17,064 nt of DNA from Candidatus Latescibacterota bacterium. GTDB taxonomy: Bacteria > Latescibacterota > UBA2968. The stretch is taken from the NCBI GenBank assembly GCA_038279365.1, contig JAYODI010000007.1, forward strand, positions 34,997-52,060, written 5' to 3'. A program made the position numbers and the translations under genes. This document shows, one piece after another, positions 8,715 to 16,882 of the stretch (position 1 is its first letter; each line of letters opens with the position of its first letter). Under the pieces are notes generated by a model that was not told where the DNA came from, made no database searches, and worked only from the letters and a program-made list of their open reading frames with translations.

Positions 8715-9659
8715 TCAGCTTGTTTTATAAGCCCCATCTATGCCATGGAGCCGTGACAAACCTTGCATCAAATTCATATTCTCAACAGCTTGACTCGCCG
8801 CACCTTTGCCCAAATTATCTTCTAAGGCATTAATATAAACAAACCCATCATCCACCCCTAACTTTATCACCAACAAATGTGTGCCCACCACATCTCGCGT
8901 GCCCCACACATGATCTGCGGAATCTTCGACCACTTTTACCAAATCATCATCGACATATGCAGAAGCAATGGCCGCCCGAAGTTTTACCGCCACCTCACTG
9001 GCCGTTTGCGCTTTCAAATCGTCACTCAATGCCACACGGATGTTGGAATTAATGCCCGCAAATACAGACCGCAAAACAATGGGTGTAAAATTTACAGCAA
9101 ACCCTGAATACAACGCCATCTCTGGCACATGTTTGTGTTTTTTTCCAAAACTATAGGTCACTTCATTGGCCGTTTCTTCTACTTCAGCCCGTGCCCCCGA
9201 ATTGCCCGATGTAGCAACAACAGTGGCTTCACCTTGTATCAACCCCTTAAGTGGGCGCAAAGACAATATCACGCTGGTCGGATAACAGCCAGGGTTGCCC
9301 ACCAACCGCGCCGAGGCAATCTGTTCGGCAAACAATGCAGGCATCCCATAAACCGATTCTTTGAGCAACTCTGGTGCCGTGTGCGTTAAGCCATAACCCG
9401 CTTCAAACTGCTCCACTGGCAAGCGAAAAGCACCGCTCATATCAATAACCTTGCACCCTGCCGCCAATGCTACAGGTGCAAACTGCATCGATTCGGGGTC
9501 TTTGGTAGCCAAAAACACCACATCACACTTTTCCAACTCACCTTCTTGGCGTTTGGAATTTTGTTTAAACGTTACTTCGGCCTGGTCGTGATGAGCCAAC
9601 ACCTTTTGAAGCTCTTGCCCCACCATGCCCGTATCGCCAAATATGCCCACAGAAATCAT
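8715..9659 (-). CDS. argC: N-acetyl-gamma-glutamyl-phosphate reductase
   Basis: GDTGMVG nucleotide-binding loop, VIDMSGAFRL, YGMP, catalytic NPGCY, HKHVPE, DNLGKGAASQAVENMN; ATGA overlap with argR stop. Confidence 0.95.
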   Translation of the reverse strand: MISVGIFGDTGMVGQELQKVLAHHDQAEVTFKQNSKRQEGELEKCDVVFLATKDPESMQFAPVALAAGCKVIDMSGAFRLPVEQFEAGYGLTHTAPELLKESVYGMPALFAEQIASARLVGNPGCYPTSVILSLRPLKGLIQGEATVVATSGNSGARAEVEETANEVTYSFGKKHKHVPEMALYSGFAVNFTPIVLRSVFAGINSNIRVALSDDLKAQTASEVAVKLRAAIASAYVDDDLVKVVEDSADHVWGTRDVVGTHLLVIKLGVDDGFVYINALEDNLGKGAASQAVENMNLMQGLSRLHGIDGAYKTS

Positions 9660-10129
9660 GGCATCATCTCCTCAATTCGATCACGCAAACGCCGACAATC
9701 TACTTCAGATCGGCACAAAATAAAAATAGTATTTTCACCAGCCAAAGTCCCCACAACCTCTGGCCAACTCACCTGATCAATGGCCTCACATACACCTTGT
9801 GCATGCCCAGTGATGGTCTTAATCACAGCCGTATGTCCCGCACCATCTACCCGCATCACAAAATCGCGCAATTCCCGCCGCAACAAGGCATCACCTTTAA
9901 GCAAAGCACGCCCAATGGGTTCACTTGCTGAAGGCACCTGATATTGAAACCCACCCGCACCATCGGGCGCTTTAACCACACCCAATTCTTTAATGTCTTT
10001 AGACAACGTAGACTGTGTTGTATCAATACCCACAGCCTTGAGCGCATCACTCAAACCTTCTTGACGCGCAATGGGTTGCGAAGAAATCAGTTCCAAAATT
10101 TTTTGATGGCGTTTTTGCTTCTCAGTCAT
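9656..10129 (-). CDS. argR: Arginine repressor
   Basis: KRHQKILELI, TQSTLSKDIKELG (winged HTH), VIKTITG, VVGTLAGENTIFI; heads the arg operon. Start at ATG 10129 after GGAGG. Confidence 0.92.
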   Translation of the reverse strand: MTEKQKRHQKILELISSQPIARQEGLSDALKAVGIDTTQSTLSKDIKELGVVKAPDGAGGFQYQVPSASEPIGRALLKGDALLRRELRDFVMRVDGAGHTAVIKTITGHAQGVCEAIDQVSWPEVVGTLAGENTIFILCRSEVDCRRLRDRIEEMMP

Positions 10130-10158
10130 ACACCCTCCATAGTTCAAACAGACTTAAG

Positions 10159-10187
10159 AATGTATCACAATGCCACAATCACGTCAA
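10159..10187 (-). promoter_or_regulatory. Sigma70-type promoter of the arg operon
   Basis: Minus strand TTGACG (10187-10182), 17-nt spacer ending in TGA (extended -10), TACATT (10164-10159), about 30 nt upstream of the argR start. Confidence 0.8.
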
Positions 10188-10222
10188 GAATAAAAATTCT
10201 AACATTGGAATATTTATGGAAT
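10185..10222. promoter_or_regulatory. Tandem ARG-box-like operators
   Basis: Cores AGAATAAAAATTCT (10187-10200) and GGAATATTTATGGA (10207-10220), 20-bp period, versus consensus TGMATwwwwATKCA; the first abuts the -35 hexamer. Confidence 0.7.
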
Positions 10223-10258
10223 AAAAAAGTGTAGAGACAATTTTATCTCTACACTTTT
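10223..10258 (-). terminator. Intrinsic terminator downstream of the S9 peptidase (possibly bidirectional)
   Basis: aaaagtgtagaga (10225-10237) / tctctacactttt (10246-10258); minus strand reads hairpin then TTTTTT. Confidence 0.85.
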
Positions 10259-10362
10259 CCCATTGAGTCAATTTCAACGTTTTTTATAGCACGATTCCCA
10301 AAGTTTATTAACAAGGCCAAGTCCTACTCTGGATTGATTTGCTCCTAATCTCTGAAGCAAAT

Positions 10363-12702
10363 TCAATTTTCCTTAGCATAGGTATCCAGCCACGTCACCA
10401 TCTCCCACAACATATGCATCAACGACTCACGTGCCCGATAGCCGTGACTCTCGTGTGGCAACATCACCAATCGACACGTTACACCGTGGCCTTTGAGGGC
10501 ATTGTAAAACCGTTCGCTCTGCATTGGAAATGTGCCCGAATTGTTATCGGCCTCACCGTGCATCAACAACAAAGGTGCTTTGATCTTGTCGGCATGCATA
10601 AAAGGTGACATGGCGGCATACACTTCAGGTGACTGCCAAAGTGAACGTTCTTCGGCCTGAAAGCCAAACGGGGTCAGTGTGCGGTTATAAGCCCCACTTC
10701 GGGCAATGCCACAACAAAACAGATCGGTGTGCGCCAACAAATTGGCCGTCATAAAACCACCGTAAGAGTGCCCCCCCACACAAATGCGCTTTGGATCGGC
10801 CACACCCAGGCGTACCACCTCATCAACCGCCGCTTTGGCACTTGCTGTTAATTGTTTCACATATGTGTCATTGGCTTCCAAATCACCTTCACCCACAATG
10901 GGCATAGATGGTCCATCCAAAATTGCATACCCACTGGCCAACAACGGCAATGCAGAAAGTGGGCTGATGCGCACAAATCGATAGGGTGAATCTTTGACCT
11001 GCCCTGCGGCATCAGCACTTTTAAACTCACGAGGGTAAGCCCACATCAGCAAAGGCAAAGGCCCCGTTTCTTTTTTATAACCCGGTGGCAAATACAACGT
11101 TGCATTCAGTTGAACACCATCTTCACGCTCATAAACAATCAGCTCTTTTTGCACATCGACCAAATGGGGTAAGGGATGTGTAAAATGCGTGACCTGTTTG
11201 ACTTTGTTGGTGGACAAATTTTGTAAAAAATAATTGGTCGGCTCTTGCACCGATTCTCGCCCCAGCAAAACCAACGGGCCATTGACATCAATCACAGCCA
11301 CTGGCCGTTCATAAAGGGGCGGCATGGAATGCATCAACCGCTTACTCGCCTTTGTTTTTAAATCGTAGCTGTCTAAAAACGGGCGATCACCCTCATTGGA
11401 AGCCCCATCACCCACCAAAAACAAAAACCGCTCATCTGCATCGGTTTGCAACACACGCCGTCCTGTGGCATTGCGCACCAACAGTGGCACACCTGGGTCA
11501 CCATAGCGATCTTCCCAAGACCGATCAAACAAAATCTCGGGTTTGACGTTGCCATCGGGATAAATACGCCACGTGCGAATCCGACGGGTTTTCCACCATC
11601 TCTCAGACACCAAAGCCAAATTGCCACTGCCCCAAGTGCGCCCCACATAACGCATAGAAAGGGCAATGATCTCTAATGGCTCGGCATCAAATGGGGCATT
11701 TAGGGCAAACATCCGATCACGCACATCCACCTCAACCGAAGGATCTCCCCCATCTTGTGCGGTCACCCACGTGACCGTTGCGGGCACATCTGCACGCCAA
11801 CCAAACCCACGTGGACCATCGGGCACCGCATCAAATGCAATGGGCACAGACTCTGCCAAAGGCAAATCAAACAATGGGCGCACCATTTGCCCCTTGCTGT
11901 CCCAAATATCAACACGCACAGGAAATCGATAAGAAGGCACCAAATAAGAAAAAGGACGGTGCATCGTTTCAATCAAAATAAATTGACCATCGGGAGAAGG
12001 TTCCGAACGGCATATCAAATCGGGTGCACCTAATTTTTGCATCGTACCATCTAAATAAACACACACAACTTGCGCCATACAGTAATACTCAAACAACGCT
12101 TCATCGTGTGGATTTTTAAGCAAATCTTGATAGGTGCGCGAAGGTGCTGTCTGCGCGATATTCTCTTGAATGACAGGCCCATCGGGAATCAAGACCGCCT
12201 CTGGTGGTGCACCTCGCCCCTCACAAACGGCACGCACGATAAGCCCCGAACCATCGGGTAACCAAACCAGTGGCGTGCCCCAAATGCTGTTTAAAACCAA
12301 ACCTTCAATCGGTCTCACCTCACCCGTGGCCACCTCACCCAACCACAATGTAATCCCATGAGATCCGGTAACAGAAAAAGCAAAGTATTGGCCATTGGGC
12401 GACCAATGTGCTTGCCCCAATCGTGCCCCATCAGGCAAACCTTTCACAGCCATTTCTTGCCCATCATCCACACGTTTAAGCGTCAACCCATTATAATGGC
12501 TCACACGGCTTTGTCCATTGGTCATAGGATCTATGCGCACCCCTGCCAAACGCAACTCTAACCGTGCCACATCTTCGATGGGGGGGTAGCCTGGTCGATG
12601 CATCAACAACATATGGGTATGCGAAGGATCCAAACTGATCCCTGGCGTTAAAGGTGCATCAACCACATCGGCAAGTGCCTTGGGTGGCATTTGATAAGGC
12701 AT
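10363..12702 (-). CDS. S9 family serine peptidase, glutamyl endopeptidase (CGEP/S9D)-like
   Basis: Triad motifs GGHSYGG (Ser), HGEADNNSGT (Asp), PHESHGY (His); WAYPREF, ARSGAYNRTLTPFGFQ, RTYQDLL typical of the CGEP-like group; N-terminal propeller WSP repeats; SD GGAGG. Confidence 0.9.
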   Translation of the reverse strand: MPYQMPPKALADVVDAPLTPGISLDPSHTHMLLMHRPGYPPIEDVARLELRLAGVRIDPMTNGQSRVSHYNGLTLKRVDDGQEMAVKGLPDGARLGQAHWSPNGQYFAFSVTGSHGITLWLGEVATGEVRPIEGLVLNSIWGTPLVWLPDGSGLIVRAVCEGRGAPPEAVLIPDGPVIQENIAQTAPSRTYQDLLKNPHDEALFEYYCMAQVVCVYLDGTMQKLGAPDLICRSEPSPDGQFILIETMHRPFSYLVPSYRFPVRVDIWDSKGQMVRPLFDLPLAESVPIAFDAVPDGPRGFGWRADVPATVTWVTAQDGGDPSVEVDVRDRMFALNAPFDAEPLEIIALSMRYVGRTWGSGNLALVSERWWKTRRIRTWRIYPDGNVKPEILFDRSWEDRYGDPGVPLLVRNATGRRVLQTDADERFLFLVGDGASNEGDRPFLDSYDLKTKASKRLMHSMPPLYERPVAVIDVNGPLVLLGRESVQEPTNYFLQNLSTNKVKQVTHFTHPLPHLVDVQKELIVYEREDGVQLNATLYLPPGYKKETGPLPLLMWAYPREFKSADAAGQVKDSPYRFVRISPLSALPLLASGYAILDGPSMPIVGEGDLEANDTYVKQLTASAKAAVDEVVRLGVADPKRICVGGHSYGGFMTANLLAHTDLFCCGIARSGAYNRTLTPFGFQAEERSLWQSPEVYAAMSPFMHADKIKAPLLLMHGEADNNSGTFPMQSERFYNALKGHGVTCRLVMLPHESHGYRARESLMHMLWEMVTWLDTYAKEN

Positions 12703-12715
12703 AAAACCTCCGTAA

Positions 12716-12799
12716 GGGTGGAGAGAAGAAAAAAGGGAAAAGAAAGAAGAGGATAAAACGCCCCTCTATCCTCTTCCTATTTTCTTCTTTCTTCTTCCA
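12716..12799. repeat. Purine/pyrimidine imperfect hairpin of heptamer units (NNNAAGA / TCTTNNN)
   Basis: Left arm gagaaga aaaaagg gaaaaga aagaaga ggataaa; right arm tctatcc tcttcct attttct tctttct tcttcca; perfect core gaagaggata / tatcctcttc. Confidence 0.75.
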
Positions 12800-12806
12800 T
12801 CATGCT

Positions 12807-13946
12807 CTATTGATCAAACCATTTTTTATAATAAAAAGGACTTGAAACATCTTCGTTGAGTTGCTTCACCACTTCATAAAAGTGCAAATCCAGTGGCATT
12901 TCGTGTGCGTCTAAGCGAGGGAAAGGGTTAAAATCATCCGTGGCCAAAACCTTGCCTATTTCAGCCAACATGCCCAAGCCCAACTCGGGCACATCTACGC
13001 GCCGAATCCCTGCTTTTTCCATGACCTTGTCATAAACAAATGACATGGTCGATCCTCCAGGAATAAAGGGCAATGCGCGTGTTCGCATCACGGGCAAAAA
13101 GATATCGACCAATTTTTTACCTGTGCCATAGGCTGCCGATGTGGCTGCTTGCAAGGCATCTTTGGGCAAATACAAACTGGTCGAATAAGCACCATTACGC
13201 CCATATTCAACCGCTTGAGGATCGCGGCTGATTTTGTCCAAACTGCCACGCCAATCGCAAAATGCCGAAACCGCCACCGAAATACCCGCATCCACTAACG
13301 CATCTGTAAATTGCACCGCCATATCGCCCATAAACAAACGCGTGGCCTCAATTGCGCGATCGTTTAATGGGGTTAATTGCCACTGAAACAAACCTTCATC
13401 ATCCACATCTTTCACAAATACAGGCGGATGATCAGGCAACAAACCCGAGCTGGCCGCCGCCATCGAATTGATATAAATCACATCTTTGGCATTGGCCTCT
13501 TGAAGTGCCGCAACAATCGCATCCAATGCTTTTCCTTCTAAAGCATAACCATCGTTAATCCAGTGAAAGCGATTGCCCATATTTGCAGCATCAGCACGTT
13601 TTTGCATATCGGCTCCAGAAGCATATCCCAAAGACTTCGACAAATCACGTGCCACAACCGTCAAACTGCCACTGTCTTTCACCAAATCCAACAATGCCGC
13701 CACCACAGCACACCCAATGCCCAAACCCGTGCCACCAATAATCACAAAATGTTGTCCTTTTGCCCAATCCAAATCATAATTGTTCCAAAATATTTTTTGC
13801 GCCGCTTGGCGTTCATCTAACAACTGCTTGGCCTCTGTTGGAAAAGCTTCTACAGCTTCTTTGCTTGGCCGCTCTATGGCTGGCGCACCTTCTTTAATAC
13901 GCAACCCTGGTGTAGGTTGAGCAAACGGACTTGGAGATGAGACCAT
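12807..13946 (-). CDS. Hypothetical protein, distant FabV / trans-2-enoyl-CoA reductase-like oxidoreductase
   Basis: VIIGGTGLGIG Rossmann loop; YINSMAA, IEATRLFMG, TRALPFIPG, KVMEKAG and RLDAHEM occur in the same order as FabV/Ter motifs. Start at ATG 13946 after GGGAGG. Gene certain, family tentative. Confidence 0.65.
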   Translation of the reverse strand: MVSSPSPFAQPTPGLRIKEGAPAIERPSKEAVEAFPTEAKQLLDERQAAQKIFWNNYDLDWAKGQHFVIIGGTGLGIGCAVVAALLDLVKDSGSLTVVARDLSKSLGYASGADMQKRADAANMGNRFHWINDGYALEGKALDAIVAALQEANAKDVIYINSMAAASSGLLPDHPPVFVKDVDDEGLFQWQLTPLNDRAIEATRLFMGDMAVQFTDALVDAGISVAVSAFCDWRGSLDKISRDPQAVEYGRNGAYSTSLYLPKDALQAATSAAYGTGKKLVDIFLPVMRTRALPFIPGGSTMSFVYDKVMEKAGIRRVDVPELGLGMLAEIGKVLATDDFNPFPRLDAHEMPLDLHFYEVVKQLNEDVSSPFYYKKWFDQ

Positions 13947-14130
13947 ATAATCCTCCCTATTGAATGACAAAATACGCATTTAATCTGCACACAAATATAT
14001 CAAAATGATCCAAAATCAATGATGCCCCAACACACGATTATTGCACAACGCAAAACATGCACAGCCCTTATCATCAAAACGTCTGACACCAACAAATTCA
14101 TTCACGACAAACACCTTATCGTGCCAGACC

Positions 14131-16656
14131 TCACGCACCAGTGCCTCTTTGCCCTTCCCAATCAATCGAATAACCCGTTAGCTCAAAAAACATGGCGGCA
14201 ACTTTTTGGCGATCTTCATCACCAGGCACATGGATCACAGGCACCACCACTCGGTCTGGATATATTTTGGGGGCACCGCGCATCACCCACGCATCAGGGG
14301 TCAATTCACGTGCTTTTTGAGAAATTAATTCTTGGTTCGACGATGGGCGCACCTGCACCCCCCAACCAATGCGCTTTCCCAGCTCATTCATTAACGCTTG
14401 ATATCGCGCCCCTACTTGCGGAGAAATAAATGCCAGCTCGATATATGTACCCTTTAAACCAATCTTAGAGGGCATATGTTTTTCTTTTTGAAACGCCCGA
14501 CGGATTTCTTGATATGCTCTGTTAATTTCCCAAGCCCCTTTATTTTTGGGCCCAGCTGTAATCGCCACCTTTTCATCTGGGCGATCTAATACCAAGTGAA
14601 ATCCCGTTCGGCCATTAAAATCATCTTCCGCTTTCTTTTTTAACATCGCCCAATCTGTAACATCTTTATCAACCGCAACAGCAACAACCACCTCGCGCTG
14701 CCCCAAACGCAATGCAGGTGCTTTAAGAGCCGTTGCTCCTTGTGGCACCATAGCATTTGCCTCTTCAAACAAACGCCCCTGATGCGGTGTTTCTCGAAGG
14801 CGCAATGTCCAGCCCGTCTCCTCTTCTAACCGCTTTAGCAAGTCGCCATATTGCGATACAATCACATCGGGAAAGTGAAACGCCAACTCATACACACCCT
14901 CATCCACAAAGGCACTACACTTAAACAAACCCGCTTCTGCCGGAAAGGCATTTTGTATGCGCAAGCGGGCTTCGTTCATTTCCATAGGGCCATCATAAGC
15001 CCCCGTATCTTCGGCCACATGATATAAAAACGGACGACGGCGGTCAGGCTCAAAATACCGCCGACCTTCACGCAATAACAAACGAAAAGCTTCTACTTCA
15101 GAAAGGGTGGTCATTTCACTTCCAAACCACATTTCAGCCAACTCCTGTACGCGAAAAGGGCCTTTTGCATCGGTCTCAATGACATACGCACGCACCTCTT
15201 CAAGCGTGGTATCACTCAGTGCGCGCCCACCAGAAATGCCCGAACGAGGCACACGGCGGCCATATCCTTTGCGACTGCGTGTTTGTTCAACCTCAACCGT
15301 ATAAGAGCCACCGTTTTCGGGCAATTGAACCCCATCGGGCAAATGCGCATCCAAACCCACAGCCAATGCTTTGCGCGCATCGTCATCGCCATGAACCAAA
15401 AAACACGTGCGCGGTTTTAATCGCTGAACCAACCCCGTTAACTCACCACTGTCTGCGTGTGCAGATAACGAATAGGGTTCCACACGACAGGCCACAGACA
15501 CACGTTCACCATTGAGCATCAATACCCGATCTTGGCCATCTTTGTTCTGCATCAAATCCAACAGGGCACGGCCAGGAGATTCTTCATCTTGATATCCTGT
15601 CATCGCAATCAAATTGTTTGCTTCACGCGCCAATCGTTCGGCATAATAACTCGATGCCCCACCAATCAGCATGCCCGAACTGGCCACAATACAACACGGT
15701 GGGCCAGATAACACACGGGTGCGATCTGATGGTTTATCGACAGACATCACATGTTCGGCATAAAAAACAGCCTCACCCTTATCCACTTTTCGGCGCAGTG
15801 GAGGGGCCAAATCGTCAACAAAAGAGGCATACACCGCATTCACCGCACGCACCATTCCGTCCACATAAATCGGAAAGGTTGGAATATCGCCACGCCGCAT
15901 CGCTTGTGCCAAAATCAAAATCACTTCTTGTGCACGCCCCACAGCAAAAGCAGGAATAAGCACCTTACCTCCTGCCTCAATCACCTGAGCCACACGCATC
16001 GCCAACGCCGTCTCTTGCTGAGATCGGTCGGCATGTTGGCGATTGCCATAGGTCGATTCCATCACCATCACATCGGGGCGACACTGAGGCACCACCATGC
16101 CAGGAATGGTGAGTTGATTGGCCACAGACACATCACCCGTCATCAACACACTCTCATGTTTGCCTTCAATGTAAATAGACGCCGCACCCAAAATATGCCC
16201 CGAAGGAACCCATGTAGCCGACAAAGCCCCACCACAAATAGGTACTGTGGCGACCCAAGGAACATCTTCAATTCTCGCCAATGCCGCATCGGCTGCCTCG
16301 GGTGGATACAGAGGCAACTCGCCATCTTTTTCGCCCCTTTGCGCCATCAACTTCACCGCATCAGACATCAAAACCTGCGTGATGGCTTTGCTTGCAGGCG
16401 TCATGCGTATCTTTACCTCAGGTGCCAAACTCGCCACCAACACAGGCAAAGCCCCCGTATGATCCGTATGTGCGTGTGTCACCAACATCTCTTCAGGCAT
16501 GCCCACATCATCCAAAACCGAAAAATTGGGCAACTGAGAACCTTGCGCCGCTCCCATACGAATGCCCGCATCAACCAAAATGCGATGACCTTCCATTTCT
16601 ATGAGTGTACAAGACGCACCAACTTCATCGGCACCGCCTAAAAAGTGCAGTTTCAT
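14131..16656 (-). CDS. MBL-fold beta-CASP ribonuclease (CPSF73/aCPSF-like) with long C-terminal extension
   Basis: LGGADEVGASC, VDAG, THAHTDH (HxHxDH), SGHILGA, TGD, ESTYG, IPAFAVGRAQE, GYQDEESPGR, SAHAD, VHGD; core ends near residue 450, followed by about 390 extra residues. Confidence 0.92.
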   Translation of the reverse strand: MKLHFLGGADEVGASCTLIEMEGHRILVDAGIRMGAAQGSQLPNFSVLDDVGMPEEMLVTHAHTDHTGALPVLVASLAPEVKIRMTPASKAITQVLMSDAVKLMAQRGEKDGELPLYPPEAADAALARIEDVPWVATVPICGGALSATWVPSGHILGAASIYIEGKHESVLMTGDVSVANQLTIPGMVVPQCRPDVMVMESTYGNRQHADRSQQETALAMRVAQVIEAGGKVLIPAFAVGRAQEVILILAQAMRRGDIPTFPIYVDGMVRAVNAVYASFVDDLAPPLRRKVDKGEAVFYAEHVMSVDKPSDRTRVLSGPPCCIVASSGMLIGGASSYYAERLAREANNLIAMTGYQDEESPGRALLDLMQNKDGQDRVLMLNGERVSVACRVEPYSLSAHADSGELTGLVQRLKPRTCFLVHGDDDARKALAVGLDAHLPDGVQLPENGGSYTVEVEQTRSRKGYGRRVPRSGISGGRALSDTTLEEVRAYVIETDAKGPFRVQELAEMWFGSEMTTLSEVEAFRLLLREGRRYFEPDRRRPFLYHVAEDTGAYDGPMEMNEARLRIQNAFPAEAGLFKCSAFVDEGVYELAFHFPDVIVSQYGDLLKRLEEETGWTLRLRETPHQGRLFEEANAMVPQGATALKAPALRLGQREVVVAVAVDKDVTDWAMLKKKAEDDFNGRTGFHLVLDRPDEKVAITAGPKNKGAWEINRAYQEIRRAFQKEKHMPSKIGLKGTYIELAFISPQVGARYQALMNELGKRIGWGVQVRPSSNQELISQKARELTPDAWVMRGAPKIYPDRVVVPVIHVPGDEDRQKVAAMFFELTGYSIDWEGQRGTGA

Positions 16657-16700
16657 GTCGCGTACCCGGTCATTGTGGAATGTGATCGTTTACCTTCACA

Positions 16701-16769
16701 AGCCAGATGTAAGACACAAGAAGTAAAAAGGAACACACACTTCTTGCCTCTTGCCTCTTATTTCTGGCT
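16701..16769. repeat. Imperfect hairpin of heptamer units in the predicted 5' UTR of the beta-CASP gene
   Basis: Left agccaga tgtaaga cacaaga agtaaaa (16701-16728); right tcttgcc tcttgcc tcttatt tctggct (16742-16769); units pair in register. Confidence 0.7.
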
Positions 16770-16776
16770 GCCACAG

Positions 16777-16805
16777 AATATACACCCACACCCACACGAA
16801 TCCAA
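16777..16805 (-). promoter_or_regulatory. Candidate sigma70 promoter for the beta-CASP gene
   Basis: Minus strand TTGGAT (16805-16800), 17 nt, TATATT (16782-16777); lies downstream of a probable terminator. Confidence 0.5.
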
Positions 16806-16882
16806 ACCTTTTGAACAAATAACACATCAAGAATTGTTCGTGTCTACAAAAAACAAAATGACTCATTTCCCAAATTGTTTTA

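Noticed and set aside
15751-16641. 296-aa plus-strand ORF
   Set aside because: Entirely antisense to the conserved beta-CASP core; His/Arg-rich shadow composition with no motifs.
14131-16656. Anti-phage defence or mobile-element role for the MBL nuclease
   Set aside because: Neighbours are housekeeping/metabolic genes, no integrase, transposase or defence partner is visible, and composition looks like the rest of the window.
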